From Antedon mediterranea (lineage: Eukaryota > Animalia > Echinodermata), in contig NC_092678.1 of assembly GCF_964355755.1 (NCBI RefSeq), positions 8,944,422-9,008,421 of the forward strand: a stretch of DNA of 64,000 bases. Reading direction: 5' to 3'. A program made the translations under genes and the position numbers. How positions within the stretch are numbered: position 1 is the first letter of the stretch; every line of letters starts with the position of its first letter. The notes beneath the pieces are model-generated. The model saw nothing but the letters and a program-made list of their open reading frames with translations, ran no database searches and was not told the DNA's origin. Shown one piece after another: positions 36,301 to 51,300 of the stretch.

Positions 36301-39300
36301 TAAAAGATGAATATTGTTTGTTTCACATGGCAGATGTGTGTTTTGGACCATTTTTTTTTCTTTTTGCATTGCATTGCATTGTATATAGTGGTATTTAAAT
36401 GTATAACATTTTGAAAAATGGAACTGAAGGTCACCGGAAATTGCACTTACTACATTCCGAAATATGAAACAAAATATGTAAGTCTCCAGAACCAGCCCTA
36501 CCAAAGTTGTAGCTGAGCTAAGACAATTTTGAAAAATAGAGCTGCTAGGTCCTCGATAATGCACTTATAATTTGAAATATGAAACAAAATATAGAATTTT
36601 TGTTCCTTTCGTTATTGCTCATCACATTCAATAGAGCGCATCTCGCTCATACGTATTCAATTTCCCCCGAGATTTTAATAAGTCATATTTCCACCTCTTG
36701 CGTAAAAATTCATTGCGTTTAAACAAGAGCACATCTCAATTTTACGTCCCCAAAATTCTTAGATAATTATCTTCTAAAATTGTTATTTTTATATGTCCAT
36801 TTGATGATGTCATCGTGTTAATAATTGGATTTAAAAGATGGATCTCGTAATTCCATCTATGCTACACTGTATAACATATACAGTGTATTCTGTAAATACT
36901 GTAATTATGATGTATGCTACAAAATAGGTACAATTCAGCACTGTAAACATATTTATTTCATGTCATAGGATGCCATAATAATTGTCGAGGTTCATATAGT
37001 ATGTGCATGTTGCGTATGCACGGATAACCCGAACTCGTCAAAGTAACGAGTTCAAATCTAGTTTTTCTATGTAATTCTTCTGTCTTTCCCCGAATTATGT
37101 TGGCAGCGTATCTCTAATTCTGGCCAACATAAGATTGTGTAACTTTGTCATAAGAAATTGACCTGTAGCTGTAGATGTGCAGGACGTTTCATTTTTTGAC
37201 TTTAGAGTCGCGCAGCGTAACTTACGCGCGATTTTATGAATTTCGCGTATTTAACATAGATCGAAAACCTTAAACAATTTAAATTGAAACTTGACAAAAA
37301 TGTAATTTATATTAAGCGCTAACTTTCTATGTATTAAAATGGCATATTTCACAGAAAGTTTCAAAATGCGAAAAATCAACTTCTAATCAACTTTCTACGC
37401 GTTTCATGTCATTTTGAGCATGTCAAAAATTCCCAAGCGCGCGCATTTTTCTTGCGCGCATGTACGCATGTACCGCAAAAACAACTTTTTTTTGCTTGAT
37501 TTTTGTTTTTCCAGCCTTTTCTAGTAATTTTACCAACTTTCAAACAATTTCGACTTAAAATCACGTCATACGAGCACGTAGAATTGGACAATTTGCGCAC
37601 GTTTTTGATGAAAAAGTTCAAAATTTCGTGAAAATTATGCCTTTTTTAAAGTCATAGATTCTAAACTACGTGGTGAACTTTTTAAAATTACAGATTCTGG
37701 AAGTTGATAAGTTGTAGATATCGAATCATGAATCAATATGGCTAACCGGACACTGTGACGTCATCGTATGGCCACTCGAATATAAAATATAGGATTTTTG
37801 TCTCTTTCGTCATAGCTGATCACATTTAATAAAGCGCATCTCCACTTATCCGTATTCCTTTTCCCCCTATTTTTTTATATTGATTAAGTCAATCAATTAC
37901 CTTTCGCATGATTTACCATTTTTAAAATTGCGATGACGTCATCATGGTCAAAAGCGTCAATAACTTGGGTCACTTATTTTCACCTATTCTGCACTGTATG
38001 TACAGTACGTATACAGTAAATGGTGTATACTGTATATACTTAGACGTGACACAAAATAGAGAGCACACTAAAATGTTTTTAATGGCATAATCGTTTTTCT
38101 GTGCGCAACGTATGACGTGCATGTGGCATTTGTGCTGCGGATAACCTAACTCGTCCGTAGTGACGAGTTCAAATTTAGCTTAATAACTATTTTCAAAAGT
38201 ATCAGAAGTCATATAATGTTTTTCTGATACTACTTATTATTTTCTAGACCCAATATATATTTTTTTACAAATATTTAAAGTATTTTGAAATAATACTAAA
38301 GCGATGAGTGATCGTGTGAGGATGACCTTTTGACCTAAAACACTGGAGTTTTTGCTGTTGGTACCTTTTCACACCAAAACACCGGGGTGTCCCCGCAGTT
38401 CGCTCTCCGGAGAATGTTCAGCTGTTCAACCCGCAGTTTTAAACTCAGGAGTTGTTTGATTTTACCTTTCACACCACAACTCTGGGGCGTCAACTCCGGA
38501 GTGTCTCCGGAGTTTTGCTTTTGGTGTGAAAGGGGTATAAGTTGTGTTGTGATTTTAAAAAAAATAGAATTTGTAATTTACAGATTTTGTATTTCCAATT
38601 ATAGTATCAATTTCAACTTATATGTTCTAAAAAATGTCAACGATATATCTTCTCAAAATTCGAATAATTATTATACAAGATCAATGGGAAAATTAATACA
38701 ATGGAATTTTTATTTACAGCTTAGCAATTAAAAAGTGGAGATTTAGCTTGGTGGTTAAGTTGCTTGGCTACCAATCTCAGAGTCTTTGGTTCTAATCCTG
38801 TATTTTTCATGACAATGACACTTTCTTTATGTTGAGTGATTTTTGAAGAAATTGATATTTGACAATTTTCCTCAATAATATCAATTAAAACAAACCTGAA
38901 GAGAATGTGGTGATTTTTGTTTGTTTGCTTTTAGTTGAGTAGTATTCTCAAGCTCCTCTCTTGCCCTATGCAATGCAAACAGCTGCTCTTGCAGTTGGCG
39001 CAGTTTTCTTCCTTGAGACTTAATCATTTCGGTGTCATTAGAAACATCAACATTCTGTTCCTGTTCTTCTTCCCTAATGTACATTAATCAAACAACTATA
39101 TTAGATATAAATTTAATAAACATGATAAATGTGTGATAAAGAGGACACCACATCGTTCCTAATGAGCATCATAAAGAACAATGATTGAATATAATTAATA
39201 AAATTAGGCCTAAAATGTTTAAAATTGCTAAAAGGCTAAGGAATTTTTCTAGCCTAGAGGGCGGTAAAAAAATTATTAATGTTTGCAATTTAAATTTTAA

Positions 39301-42300
39301 AAAGATTTTGACTGAAAGATGCTTACAGTAAGCCGGGCAGTGCAAGCTAAGTAGTTGATTAGGAAATGATCAAGAAAATTGCTTTTTAATTTTAAATGTG
39401 CTTTTCAAACAGTTTCTACCTAAATACCCAAAAAAAGACAGCACTACATAACAAATATGTTTAGGCCTTACGGCAATTATAATAGCAATACAGTAAAATA
39501 ATTTAATGACATCAAATAATTTTTAGAATAACAAAATGTCAGGTCTGAATAATTTAATACTGTAGTACAGCACATGTCTTCCCATGGTACATTACAGTAT
39601 TAATGATAACAAACAGTGGTTGAATATAAAATAACATTGTTTTTTCCTTCTAAAATATAGTTATGGTAATGTATTATATATAATACAATACATAGTGTTT
39701 TACTATTTAAATCATTGATTATTACCATTCTGAAGTTTATTTATGTTCATTATAATATTACCCATTTTGACACATAATCACTGTAGTGTAGTGAACAATA
39801 TGATTCAATAAGTCACTCTCTGTTTATAGGAGTTGTTACCTGCTGTTTGCGTTATTGCTCTTTTATTAAAATAATGCCTTAATTACTTATAAACTAATGC
39901 AGTAAATAAATTTTAAAAATCTGTAAAATATATTTTGTAAGATTGTAGAATGCAAAATGTTGCAAAATTAAAACTGACTTCTGATCTGTATTATCATTGT
40001 AACCATCCCATACAATTTTGTTGAGAAAAGGAGATTTAGAAAGACACCAATTTCAGGTCACATGACCACATAATTATGATCAATAAAAACCACTCCAAAC
40101 AAAAATATTAGTAATTTCTAAAATTATAATTTTTTTTATGTATTTAAAATCAAATATTTTCTTTCAACAAATCTTCAGAATAGAGGTGAGAATAACAGTG
40201 AAAGGTTTACGAATATGACTTTTGATTTCAATACACTTCAACAAACTAAAGTATGCAGTTATTTGAAGAATAATTTTTCCCATGCTCACATATTTCTGAG
40301 TGTACATAAAATGACATATAGTCTAGACTCTGAAATACTGTCAACTACAACATGCTGTTGTTTAATATCAGACAATAAAGAAACTTACGGTGGTGCCCAT
40401 CCACTCCCAAATGTACCATAATCAGAAGTGTCAAGAACAGGTGGAATAATAGGGGGCGACTTCATTTGAGGCTTGGGCGATAGTGATGGCCAAGACTCAA
40501 CTGGACTAAGCTGAGGAGAAATTTCAGACACATTTTCTGATGGAATTGGATGTACTCTGTTAATTGGAGCATCAGAAGTTGACAATGACAAGGCTGTTGG
40601 GTTGTTCTTCAACAGCCTGGGATCTTTTGTACTTTGTGTAGCCTCGCTTTGGTTTTGATTATTAGCTGGCTTCTTCAATTGTTTCACAAGTTGTTTTAAC
40701 AACTCTGTTTTTGCTTGCATTTCCTCGATATGTTTACATTGCTCAGTGAAAATCTTAACTAAGCGTTCTTGGGCGAATGGTATCTCCTTTCGACATGGTA
40801 ACGAACCATCTGCTTTATCATCAGATACATCTATAGATACAAATAAACTATGTGACCATTTCATTGAGATAATGTTTTACATTTTGTTAAACAATTAAAA
40901 AGAACCAGAGGACCAAATCTGTCTACCAAACCCCTTGGTTTAATTCTATTTCCTTATTCCTTGCCCTTGATTTTTTTTTTTTTTTTTTTTTTTAACTTGT
41001 TAAATGTTAGAATATGATAACACAGCTAGCATTTGATGCTTCATGTTATTGCATATTTCATATTCTGATTTATTTTTCCTTACGGAAATATAAAAATTCA
41101 TGTCAGACTCAAGATTACAAAAAACAAACAAAATTAAAGTAAATATAAATAAAAAGAAATTAAACATTAACAAATATACAGATATAAAAAGACAAAACTT
41201 TATCAAATTTTAGCAATAAAAAGGTCTTCATTTAATGCATGAATGAGGAATGAATGTTATCAAATAATGATTCATTTTGCATTTCAAATATTTGAACTTA
41301 TAACACTTGCCTGACCGTAACCAGATAAATTCATTTTACAGAGGGGAATCAATGTTAAGCAATATTAAACATATACTTTACCTTTCAAATTGCTCATCAT
41401 CTTTGTCTTTGAAGAAAAGAGACAATAAAGAGCATCAGATGCTTTTTCAGAGGAATAGAAGAACAATTCGTATGTCCCTGGCAATTTAACAACAGACACC
41501 TGTAAGAATAAAATAGTAATGAGTGAAATGAACATTAAAACACTGGGTATATCCCTATATATCTGATAAAATTAACCCTTTCACTTCATATACCCGTTAC
41601 TACTGGCTTTATACAAATGTTACGAAAATGTGTATACCGGGTATTACGGAGTATAGGACAAATACATAATTGTTTCCTCCACTGTAACTCTCTATAGTTT
41701 ACATATTTTGAAATTCATTCTTGTGTAGTAAAAATATCTTAAACTTGATGTGTCCACTATTGATTTATACATCAAACATCACACTTCCATACCCCGGGGA
41801 TGGGTTCCGATACTAAGTACATGAGTAACAGCCCCACCATGGTTGGGGATGTGGCGAAGCGATTTTTGGTAATTGACACCCTAGATGGCCGGAAATGGTT
41901 CTTTTGCACATAACATTCATATTGAATGACACCTCTTCTAGTTGGCCTAAGTTATAAAACGATAAAAATAATTCAAACTTGCGATAGTTTTATTCATTTT
42001 ATGTATCTTCCGTCAGCCTTCTTTACCCAGTGTAAAAAAACATAATTATTCCATAAGAATTTCATTGGGGGAAAAACGTCTTTTTCATAAAGAGTAAAAA
42101 ATGGGAAATCTAATGCAGAGGTCCTAAGTTGAAAAAACAAAGTTTTGGGTAAACAATAGAGGGCATGCTGTAATAATTATATAGAGGGGGTGCTATATAA
42201 GCTAATATTAGGTTATACTGTACAACAAATCGTGAGTGTACAACATCTGGGATATCCAATACCAAATTTATAGCCTGCCACCTAGGCCTACGATACTTTT

Positions 42301-45300
42301 GTTAATAACTAGACTTTGTCTCCACTAAACTAAATAGTGTTCACTGACATTTGCATGTAAAAAAATCTTTTTTAAAATTTATAAAAGTAAAGTCCTTTTT
42401 CACCTTGTGGGGTGGACACCGTCTGACTCTATTGACACATATTGTTGCATGTGACATCAATACAATGTCACATGTGTGCTTGGCTTGCAGTAGAATTTGT
42501 GAAACAAAGGCCTAAGAAATGCTCTTGTATAAATATTGGGCGTCATTATAAACAGTGACAAAAGAGTGTTAATTGTAAAATAACATGAAAAATCTCTAGA
42601 CTGGGCCTAGCTAGCATAGGCTTAAATCGTCCAGATTTTCGGAGGAAAATAATCAATTTTCAGGGGAAAATAACCAATTTTCAGGAAGCGGATCTGTGGA
42701 AAAATGGGAAAACCCCACAAATTTTTGGGAACTTGGGACCTCTGCTATTGTCAAGTCACATGATGATCACAAATTATTCTAATTTACCTCCACCAAGGAG
42801 GTATATGTAGTCGATCTTGTGTGTTAATGTCTGTTTGTTTGTTTGTAGGTTTACTCAGAAAGATCTGTACCAAAATGAAAATGCAGATAGATATGTGGTC
42901 AAGGGCAATTGTGTATGAAAATTGTAGAGAAGGCGGAGGTATGCATCTGGGAGTGGCTTTCTAGTTTTGTTTGCATTGCATTGAAAGCCTGACAGTTGAA
43001 CTCAATCATCCCATCCAAACATTCAATATTCGTATACTACACCACCATCTTAAATGTTTAGTGCAATTTATCAAAATACTGATATTACTACACGGCCATT
43101 CCAAGGCAAAACCACGTATCTTGCATTTTTGTAAATTTTGAGATTTTTACATTTGGGAAATTATTACAAATTTATGAACAACCTGTAAAAATGTCAGGTT
43201 TCAGAGATATTTTTAGAGATAGTACCACGTTTCTTTAACTATATTTACAAAAAAGTTCAGGCAAGCTTGAAACTACGCTAGGCTATTATTTTTGACAGAC
43301 CTACCTAATCTAGCCTAGTACCCCAGCAGTACTGTCATTGGAACTAGGCTAGGCCCAGCCTAGTACGATGGCTGTTTTTACATTGTTTGTACGTAGGCAT
43401 TGTAGCAGGCTACTGTAGTAGGTAGGCTTTAACATAATAATGCAAGTAAGTATATCCTAAATAGTAGATCCAAATGGCTAAGCCTAGCTTCAAATGCACT
43501 CTTTGTTAAGCCAACTAAGTTCGTAGGCAGCATAATTAGTGATCTCAGCCCTCCCTGTACAAAAAGAGTTTCAATCCACTTTTTTTTAAATCATCACAGT
43601 TACGTTGTTTTACCATGGAATGACCACAGTTATGTTGTTTTGCCACAGAATATCGCAGTGACGTTGTTTTGCCACAGAATATCGCAGTGACATTGTTTTG
43701 ACTCAGAAATGACTTTCATTTCACAAAGTATCTGTTAAAAGTGGTAATAACTTTTGATTGTAAATATATTATATAACATTTTGTATTTAATAATAATTAT
43801 TATTTATATATACTCATGCAAAATTTCACATCATTACGATAATTTGTTGCTGAAATGCAAACACTCAAACTTCAATTCAATTTTTCTCGACAAGCAACAT
43901 TTTGTAGTTCTGTTGTTTTGCCTTGGAACGGCCGTACTTTTCGCAACAGTATCACTTTTATTGGATTTGAGAACAATCTACAATTTTGGCCGTAATAACC
44001 TATTAAAAAGCATGCATGAATTAACACTAAACTATCAATTGCTACACCACATGGATGAGCATACAAGTTATAATACAACAAGAATCAAGACAATCTTAAT
44101 AACACTATGCACAACTATTTCTTACTCTCAGTAAAACAAAATAAAGCTTACAATTCTGTGTTTTTGAAGGTATGAAACTAGGTTTTGTATCTTTGTTTTG
44201 TCACCAAAGCTGGATTTGCAGATACAGTTCAAGTAGTATCTGCCATTCAATTGTACTGAAGAAAAAAAAAGAGTATGTATAAATTCACAAATGATAGGCT
44301 GCATAAAATGTAAATAATTTTGATGATTCTTTCTAATCCTTTCATTTTATTTTACTGATTTGTGTACAATGCATAATCTTTGCACCAACAAGATAACTGC
44401 TACAACAAAGTAGTGACAATTATTTAGCATGTATTACCAATATCAGTCAAATTTAAATTTGAAACCTAATTTAACAAGAGATACTAACGAAATAAATACC
44501 TTCCAATAAGTTCTCTGCTGATGCGTTGAAGAGTCGTTCAGGCAACTGAGTTTTTAACCGTTCAATTGGCACTTTCATAGTCAAATCTAGGTAATTTGGT
44601 CTAAAATAAAATTTTGAAATAAGGACATCAATACTGATATTATTTAAAAAAACTATTTCTTTTAATAAGTCAGTCAAGTAATTAAGTGTAGGTTAACTAG
44701 GTTTCGCAAAGTTACAAATACGATAACAAAATCGATACGTCATACATTTTAAGCTTTATTAAAGTGTATACTCTCACACGTATGATTAATAAATAAAAAT
44801 AATAACAACAACATATTTTCTCATATCGGTCCACATGGTCGTTTTGCTGATCAACCGCGCAAATAAACAGCATGCTTTGAGGGTTGCCCATACTCACGAG
44901 TTGACCAGGTCAAAATATGGTCACAATAATCACTATGTTGCACCTAAAAACTGTTCCACGATAATTGGTTATTTGCCGTTAAAACACGCATTTGATTGAG
45001 TGTTTTTAATGGGTTATTTTTGTTTGTGCCATTTGTGCTGCCCAAAAATAATCAATTTAAAAAATGATCAGTTAATAACAGATTATTTCTCCTCAGCAGA
45101 AACAGGCCCATAACAATAATGATGCGAAACCTCACTATTATACCAATGATTTGAAAGATCAGTTTTGGCCAAAAGTGTTTTGAAAAATATAATTAAAACA
45201 CGTTCACAAGATAGGTTAGTTCATAAGAATCTGTTTAAGCAAAATAACTTTTACTATAATATGTAGATTTAAAACATAAACTAATTTAAACAAAGTGCTC

Positions 45301-48300
45301 ACAACTATTCAAATAACTTACAACTTGAAAGGAATTATAGGAACTCCTTTTGAAATTAGTTCAACAGTGAAAAGAGGATTCTTCTTATTGGTCAGCTTGC
45401 CTTTCCAAATAGTGTAACTGTCAATCATACCTGCTAAAGACAGAAATCCTTCAATTAAATTCAATCAGTAATTTTTCATGTACATATAAATATATATATT
45501 ATTTGCAAATGCAAATGTTAAAACATGTTAAGATTTATATTAGGAGGAGAGTCTGTTCCTTTTTCTAATAGGGTAAATCATATAACTCATTTGATAAATT
45601 TTGTAAACAATATTTAAGTTCTGCATGGGAGAAACGATCCTTTTTAAAGTAATATTAATTGATTGTATTGTTGCTTGTAAATACTGTAGTTTCTAGTTAA
45701 TTTTGTTTTTGTTTGCTTAGTTTAGTTATTCATGTCTTTTTTATTTTTCTATAATGTTCTGCATTGTTTGCAGGACCGCACCGCATATTGTGTGAGTACC
45801 TGATACAAAGGTGTATATGATCAACAAATAAATAAAATAAATATACAGTATTGTACCCCAAATTTAGAGTTTGAATTTACTATTTTACCACATTGTGTCT
45901 TTTGTATTTTTGTTTCTAACGAAGTGAATATTTAAATAAGAATTTATCAGACTATGACATAATGGTAGAACATGGTAGTTGTCGATTGTTATGTTCAAAA
46001 AGAAAAAAAGAACATTGTTAAAATAATTAAAATAGAAATACAAATGAATACTATTGAATGAATAAAACATTTATTTTATGATTTCTAGGGCGGATTGCTA
46101 TAAACAGTCTTAACTCCATGATTGAAGCCGGCTTTATCAGATAGACGATCTAAGGAAGCCCACCTTAACAAAATAACGCTAATTCTAATAGACTACGAGT
46201 ATCACCATAGTGATCAATTGAAATGCCCTTTTCGTAGTAAACGCAAAGTCCTGATTGTAAGCTTATGTTTCAGACTATATTTCTTTTCAATATAAGGAAA
46301 TACATTATTGTGCCTTTTGTTTTGTATTATACTACTCGATTAGTAATGAAATCAGTCAAGTGGAACGATCTACACGACAAAGTTGTTTTAGTGACCGTAC
46401 GTACAACTCCCTGGTACGTGTAATGCGTGTGTGTTTTGTGCGTAGTTTTGTAGGCCTAGCTGTTAAACATCGGTAATGTACGAACCTCGTACGCTAGCTA
46501 TATGCGTGTAACATACGCTAGCTTCCCCTAATTTGTATCAACGCATTCTGCCAAAAACAGAAAGACAATTAATACAGAAACTATACGTCGGGCTAGGCCG
46601 GTATTTTCGCTCAAAAGTTAAGAGTCTTCCATTTTTTTTGGCCTCACAATCGATTGAAAAGTGGGTGAATTACAAAAGAAAAACAAAAATATCAATCTTT
46701 GCGTAATGCATGTTGGAATTTATAGCGGGCCACTTCAATTATTAGAATCAGCTTATTTTTCACATTTTTTACCGTTTAGAGACAAAAAAAATTAGTTCAA
46801 TAGGACCATAGTATTTATTTTTACATTAAATGTAGTTTGTGACCTGAAATTATACAAAAATGTAGGGAATGGGACATTATACTCGTTCAATCGATTGTTT
46901 TTCTTGACCAATTATACGTATGCAACAAGACTCCTTTGAGTAGGCTTTAATTTTAAAGACTGCTTACAGGTTAGACTGCGGTATAGCAATGGTCTATAAT
47001 ATACTACTGGTTATATCACGAATTACAGCGCTAGGACCTTGTATAGGCCGCTTATAGCAATCCGTTCCTGATACTGTCTAGCATTTTAACATATACCTGA
47101 CTTCTTGGTAAGGGTCTTTTCTTCAATTACTGGTTTTTTCACATTCACAGTTGATTGAGTCTTGGCCACTGCGTTATCTGAGGAAGAACTTGTAGACGGC
47201 AAAGGGTTTGTGACAGTGGATGGCACGATTACTGTCTTTGGCAAGTCTTTTTTAACCTCTTTAAAGTTGAATTTTACAACTGCATATGGATATGCATGTC
47301 TTGGTCTGGCAACCATATCTTCATCCCCATACTCGTACAAATATATCTTTAAAAACAAATTTACATGTTAGGTACATCCCGATATTAGTAAGTCATGATT
47401 TACTAGTCAATACAATGGGAAACACTTAAATTGTTTGAATGGTTAAATACATGCCGTTCAGTATTAGTTACTGAATGGAAAATCTATATTTTGGCGATAT
47501 TAAATGGTCCTAGCTGTTAAACATTGAAAATGTTTAGTAAACATTATGAGAATTGTGTGAGGCATTTGAAAATGAACCTAAAGTGTAACTGTCATACTCA
47601 GCGTCCAAAATCAGAGTGCTGCCTTTTTAAATTACCTAGTTGGGCCACAGACTCCTGCATGCCTGTTGATTGATCATTATCTGAAAATAATATCAAATTC
47701 ATAGATAGTGCCACTATTTACCTGATTGACATCATAATTTGTCTTCTGTTTTGCATTTTTTGAGATATGACAGTCATAGTTTGGGGTTGGTTCTAGAGTA
47801 ACTGTATTTGAGTAGCTTTCCTGAATTGACTTTACCTTTCCCTATTAAAAATTAAAAATGTAATAACAAAATTAATAACAAGATCTCTGAGTGTTATTGT
47901 TTATATTTATTTGGTATTAAAATAGTACCGTATTGTGTCTAATAAATAGTACCGTATTGTGTCTAATAAATAGTACCGTATTGTGTCTAATAAATAGTAC
48001 CGTATTGTGTCTAATAAATAGTACCGTATTGTGTCTAATAAATAGTACCGTATTGTGTCTAATAAATAGTACCGTATTGTGTCTAATAAATAGTACCGTA
48101 TTGTGTCTAATAAATAGTACCGTATTGTGTCTAATAAATAGTACCGTATTGTGTCTAATAAATAGTACCGTATTGTGTCTAATAAATAGTACCGTATTGT
48201 GTCTAATAAATAGTACCGTATTGTGTCTAATAAATAGTACCGTATTGTGTCTAATAAATAGTACCGTATTGTGTCTAATAAATAGTACCGTATTGTGTCT

Positions 48301-51300
48301 AATAAATAGTACCGTATTGTGTCTAATAAATAGTACCGTATTGTGTCTAATAAATAGTACCGTATTGTGTCTAATAAATAGTACCGTATTGTGTCTAATA
48401 AATAGTACCGTATTGTGTCTAATAAATAGTACCGTATTGTGTCTAATAAATAGTACCGTATTGTGTCTAATAAATAGTACCGTATTGTGTCTAATAAATA
48501 GTACCGTATTGTGTCTAATAAATAGTACCGTATTGTGTCTAATAAATAGTACCGTATTGTGTCTAATAAATAGTACCGTATTGTGTCTAATAAATAGTAC
48601 CATATTGTGTCTAATAAATAGTACCGTATTGTGTCTAATAAATAGTACCGTATTGTGTCTAATAAACGCCCCATTTATGTTATAAATGTATTGTCAATTT
48701 TACTATGTAATGTTGTTTTTAAAACTTAAATTAGGAAGTTGCAATGTTTTTAATGTGTTCTTTTTGTATTTGGGGACTTCCCAATGGAAAAAAGTTTTTC
48801 ATTATCCTCAGTTCATTCAAGTTGATATAGTTTTCTTGTACCTTTTCTTTTAAAAAATTGTTTGTCTGTTTGTAAAATTGAATGAACTGAAATAAAATGA
48901 AATGAAAAGGCCCTTTACAAACATCACCAGGCGAGTAAATCATTGTGAAATTAATATTTTCTCTTACTAATTTAAGTTCGCCAGGCTCCAATGCACTGAA
49001 TACACATGCTATTCTATTGAGCACTCACTCACTCACAAAAAGTCACAGAGGAGGCATTTATTAGAAGCAATAAGGTAAGTATTTACTATTTTATTTTTTT
49101 TTAATTTAATGTTGTATTACTTAAACATATTACCTTTATTATTCTAAAAATAACCAAGAAATGTTCTTGAGAATTTGGTACAAACAAAGCAGGTCTTACA
49201 ATATCAGAATGACGGCTAACATACACACCTGAAAACAACAAATGTTAGTAAAGCAATTCCATAGAATGTTTACTTCTAAGGCTGTACATTATATTTAGGT
49301 TAGTCCTCTTAAAAAATACACTCTGAAAAGACTAAACAAACAGATGGGGAAAATAAGCAAGTTTAGTTTAACCCTCCATCCTCTTTAAAATGATTACTAC
49401 CTGTATTGGAATTTAAGTAAATCTCACTTACAAAGTAAAAAAGTAAACAGACGTCAATCGGGAAAGAGATTCTCCGGATATAAAAAAATATATATATACT
49501 GTATATCTACTTGTGCAATAAGATTTATTTTTTAAATGATGACTATATTTTCTTCAATAATTTTTAACTTTAATTTAAAACCATGTGGATACTATTTTCT
49601 GACATTGAAATCATCATACTATTGTACGCTCCTGAAGGTCGCTAACATCATAACTTGATCGCTCTATGCAACAAGCACATGGCGTGAAAATAAAAACAGG
49701 GAATAGACGATGGGGTTATTAGTTATTTGGGCCTAGCTCATTTACATCCAAATTTTTATGAGAGGAAAATCATTTTTAGTGTGTTAGACCAAGTTTTATT
49801 TAGGTGGTAAGTTGATTATTAAGATGTTACTGTTAGATCTAAAATTAAGTGTGTTATTAATTGGCCTCCAATCGGCCTGCATGATTGAATCATGACATTC
49901 CCTGACGTATGAATTTTTTATTCAGACATTTTATATACCAAACACTGCATTTATGGCTGTTTTTAGGCCTACAGCTTTGACCTGTCTACACTGCCTATGG
50001 GATGATAGCTGAAATCTATGTAACCTCAATTTCACAAATATTTTGAATGATGAACAGCAGCAGGCCCATACCAATTGTTAACTGTACTATACTTACCCAT
50101 GGATGGATTTCCTAAGCATTTTATCAACGATGTTTTAATTCTTAAGCCTCTTGCAGCAATTTCTTTTGCCTATAAACAGAAAAAGAAAGAATAATGATGT
50201 AAAGATCAGCTGTTCAACTAACTTTTTGTATGTAGCACTATTTATAAACCAACTAGAACTTACTTAGTAGTACATTTTGGTCGTGTTCGTACGGTGGTTA
50301 AAATAAGCGCTTAATTTCACCCATGCCTCGGGTTATAAATTGAGCGTTCGTTCGTACTTGAAATATTTAACCGCTTAAATGCTTAATCGACGAATCACAA
50401 ACCGGAAATTACGTTTTAAGGTCAGTTGTCTTTACAACCTACAACCCCATTTTCGCACGCTAGTTTCGTGTTGTATATTTTTTACACGCGATCTTTCTTT
50501 ACAATAACAATTATTTGCTACCTTTTACACTGCTTATCCTTGCGACAAACCTTATGCCTCTTAACGCCGATAATCCTGCCGAAATATGCCTTCTCCTGAC
50601 GACCATTATTTTACTCATTGACGAAGAATTTGAGCCCAATGTTACACGACGGAAACACCACCGACCAGCTAGGCCTACTAAGCGGTCTACACCAACAAGG
50701 ACAGCACCAGCTGACGATCGCTCTCGAAGCGTGTAGGAGAAATGACGGGCCTAGGCAGCGGAGCGAACGTTTGTCAAAATTTGACACATTGCCTCTATCG
50801 GAGATTTATTAATCCTCGAAGGCCGAGTATAATTGGATTATCGCTGAAATAACCTGCAAATTTGGTGAACATTTTGCCTCAAATTTTTTGTAGCCTGAGG
50901 CAAAAGTTAATTGGATCACGCGAACGGAAATCGGGAATAAGCTGGTATTTTCAACCCCTACGAACGGGCCCTTTGATTCAGGTTCGCAGTATTTAATCAA
51001 TAACATTTACAGGGTTCGTACACATGTAAGCTAGTAAAATATCAGGACATTTCAAGGACATTTAATGTCAAAAGTTTAGAGTTTCAAGGACATATATAAC
51101 CTCAATATTATTAAGTTCAAGAACAGAATAACAATTTTTAATTCTTAGAATTTAAAATTCCGTAGTTATGAATGTTTGTCAGAAAATTCAAGTAATTAAA
51201 GTCCAAATGAATACGTATTGTCGAATGGCCTAGAAAAAAAAATCGGTAGCTATGTACATATATTTATACGCTATATACTTCATAGCCGACTTTACATAAG

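Noticed and set aside
41572-42572. Possible piggyBac MITE (ttaacccttt ... gtgttaa)
   Set aside because: Right end is too degenerate and falls inside another TIR pair
47920-48666. CRISPR-like appearance of the 24-bp array
   Set aside because: Units are contiguous with no unique spacers; eukaryotic context, no cas genes
47907-48685. Three 228-255-aa ORFs (YYLLDTIR, VLFIRHNT, CLINSTVL repeats)
   Set aside because: By-products of a 24-bp intronic minisatellite that lacks stops in some frames; no splice or homology support
50515-51006. Short ORFs inside the Harbinger-like element
   Set aside because: No DDE or Myb-like motif recognisable
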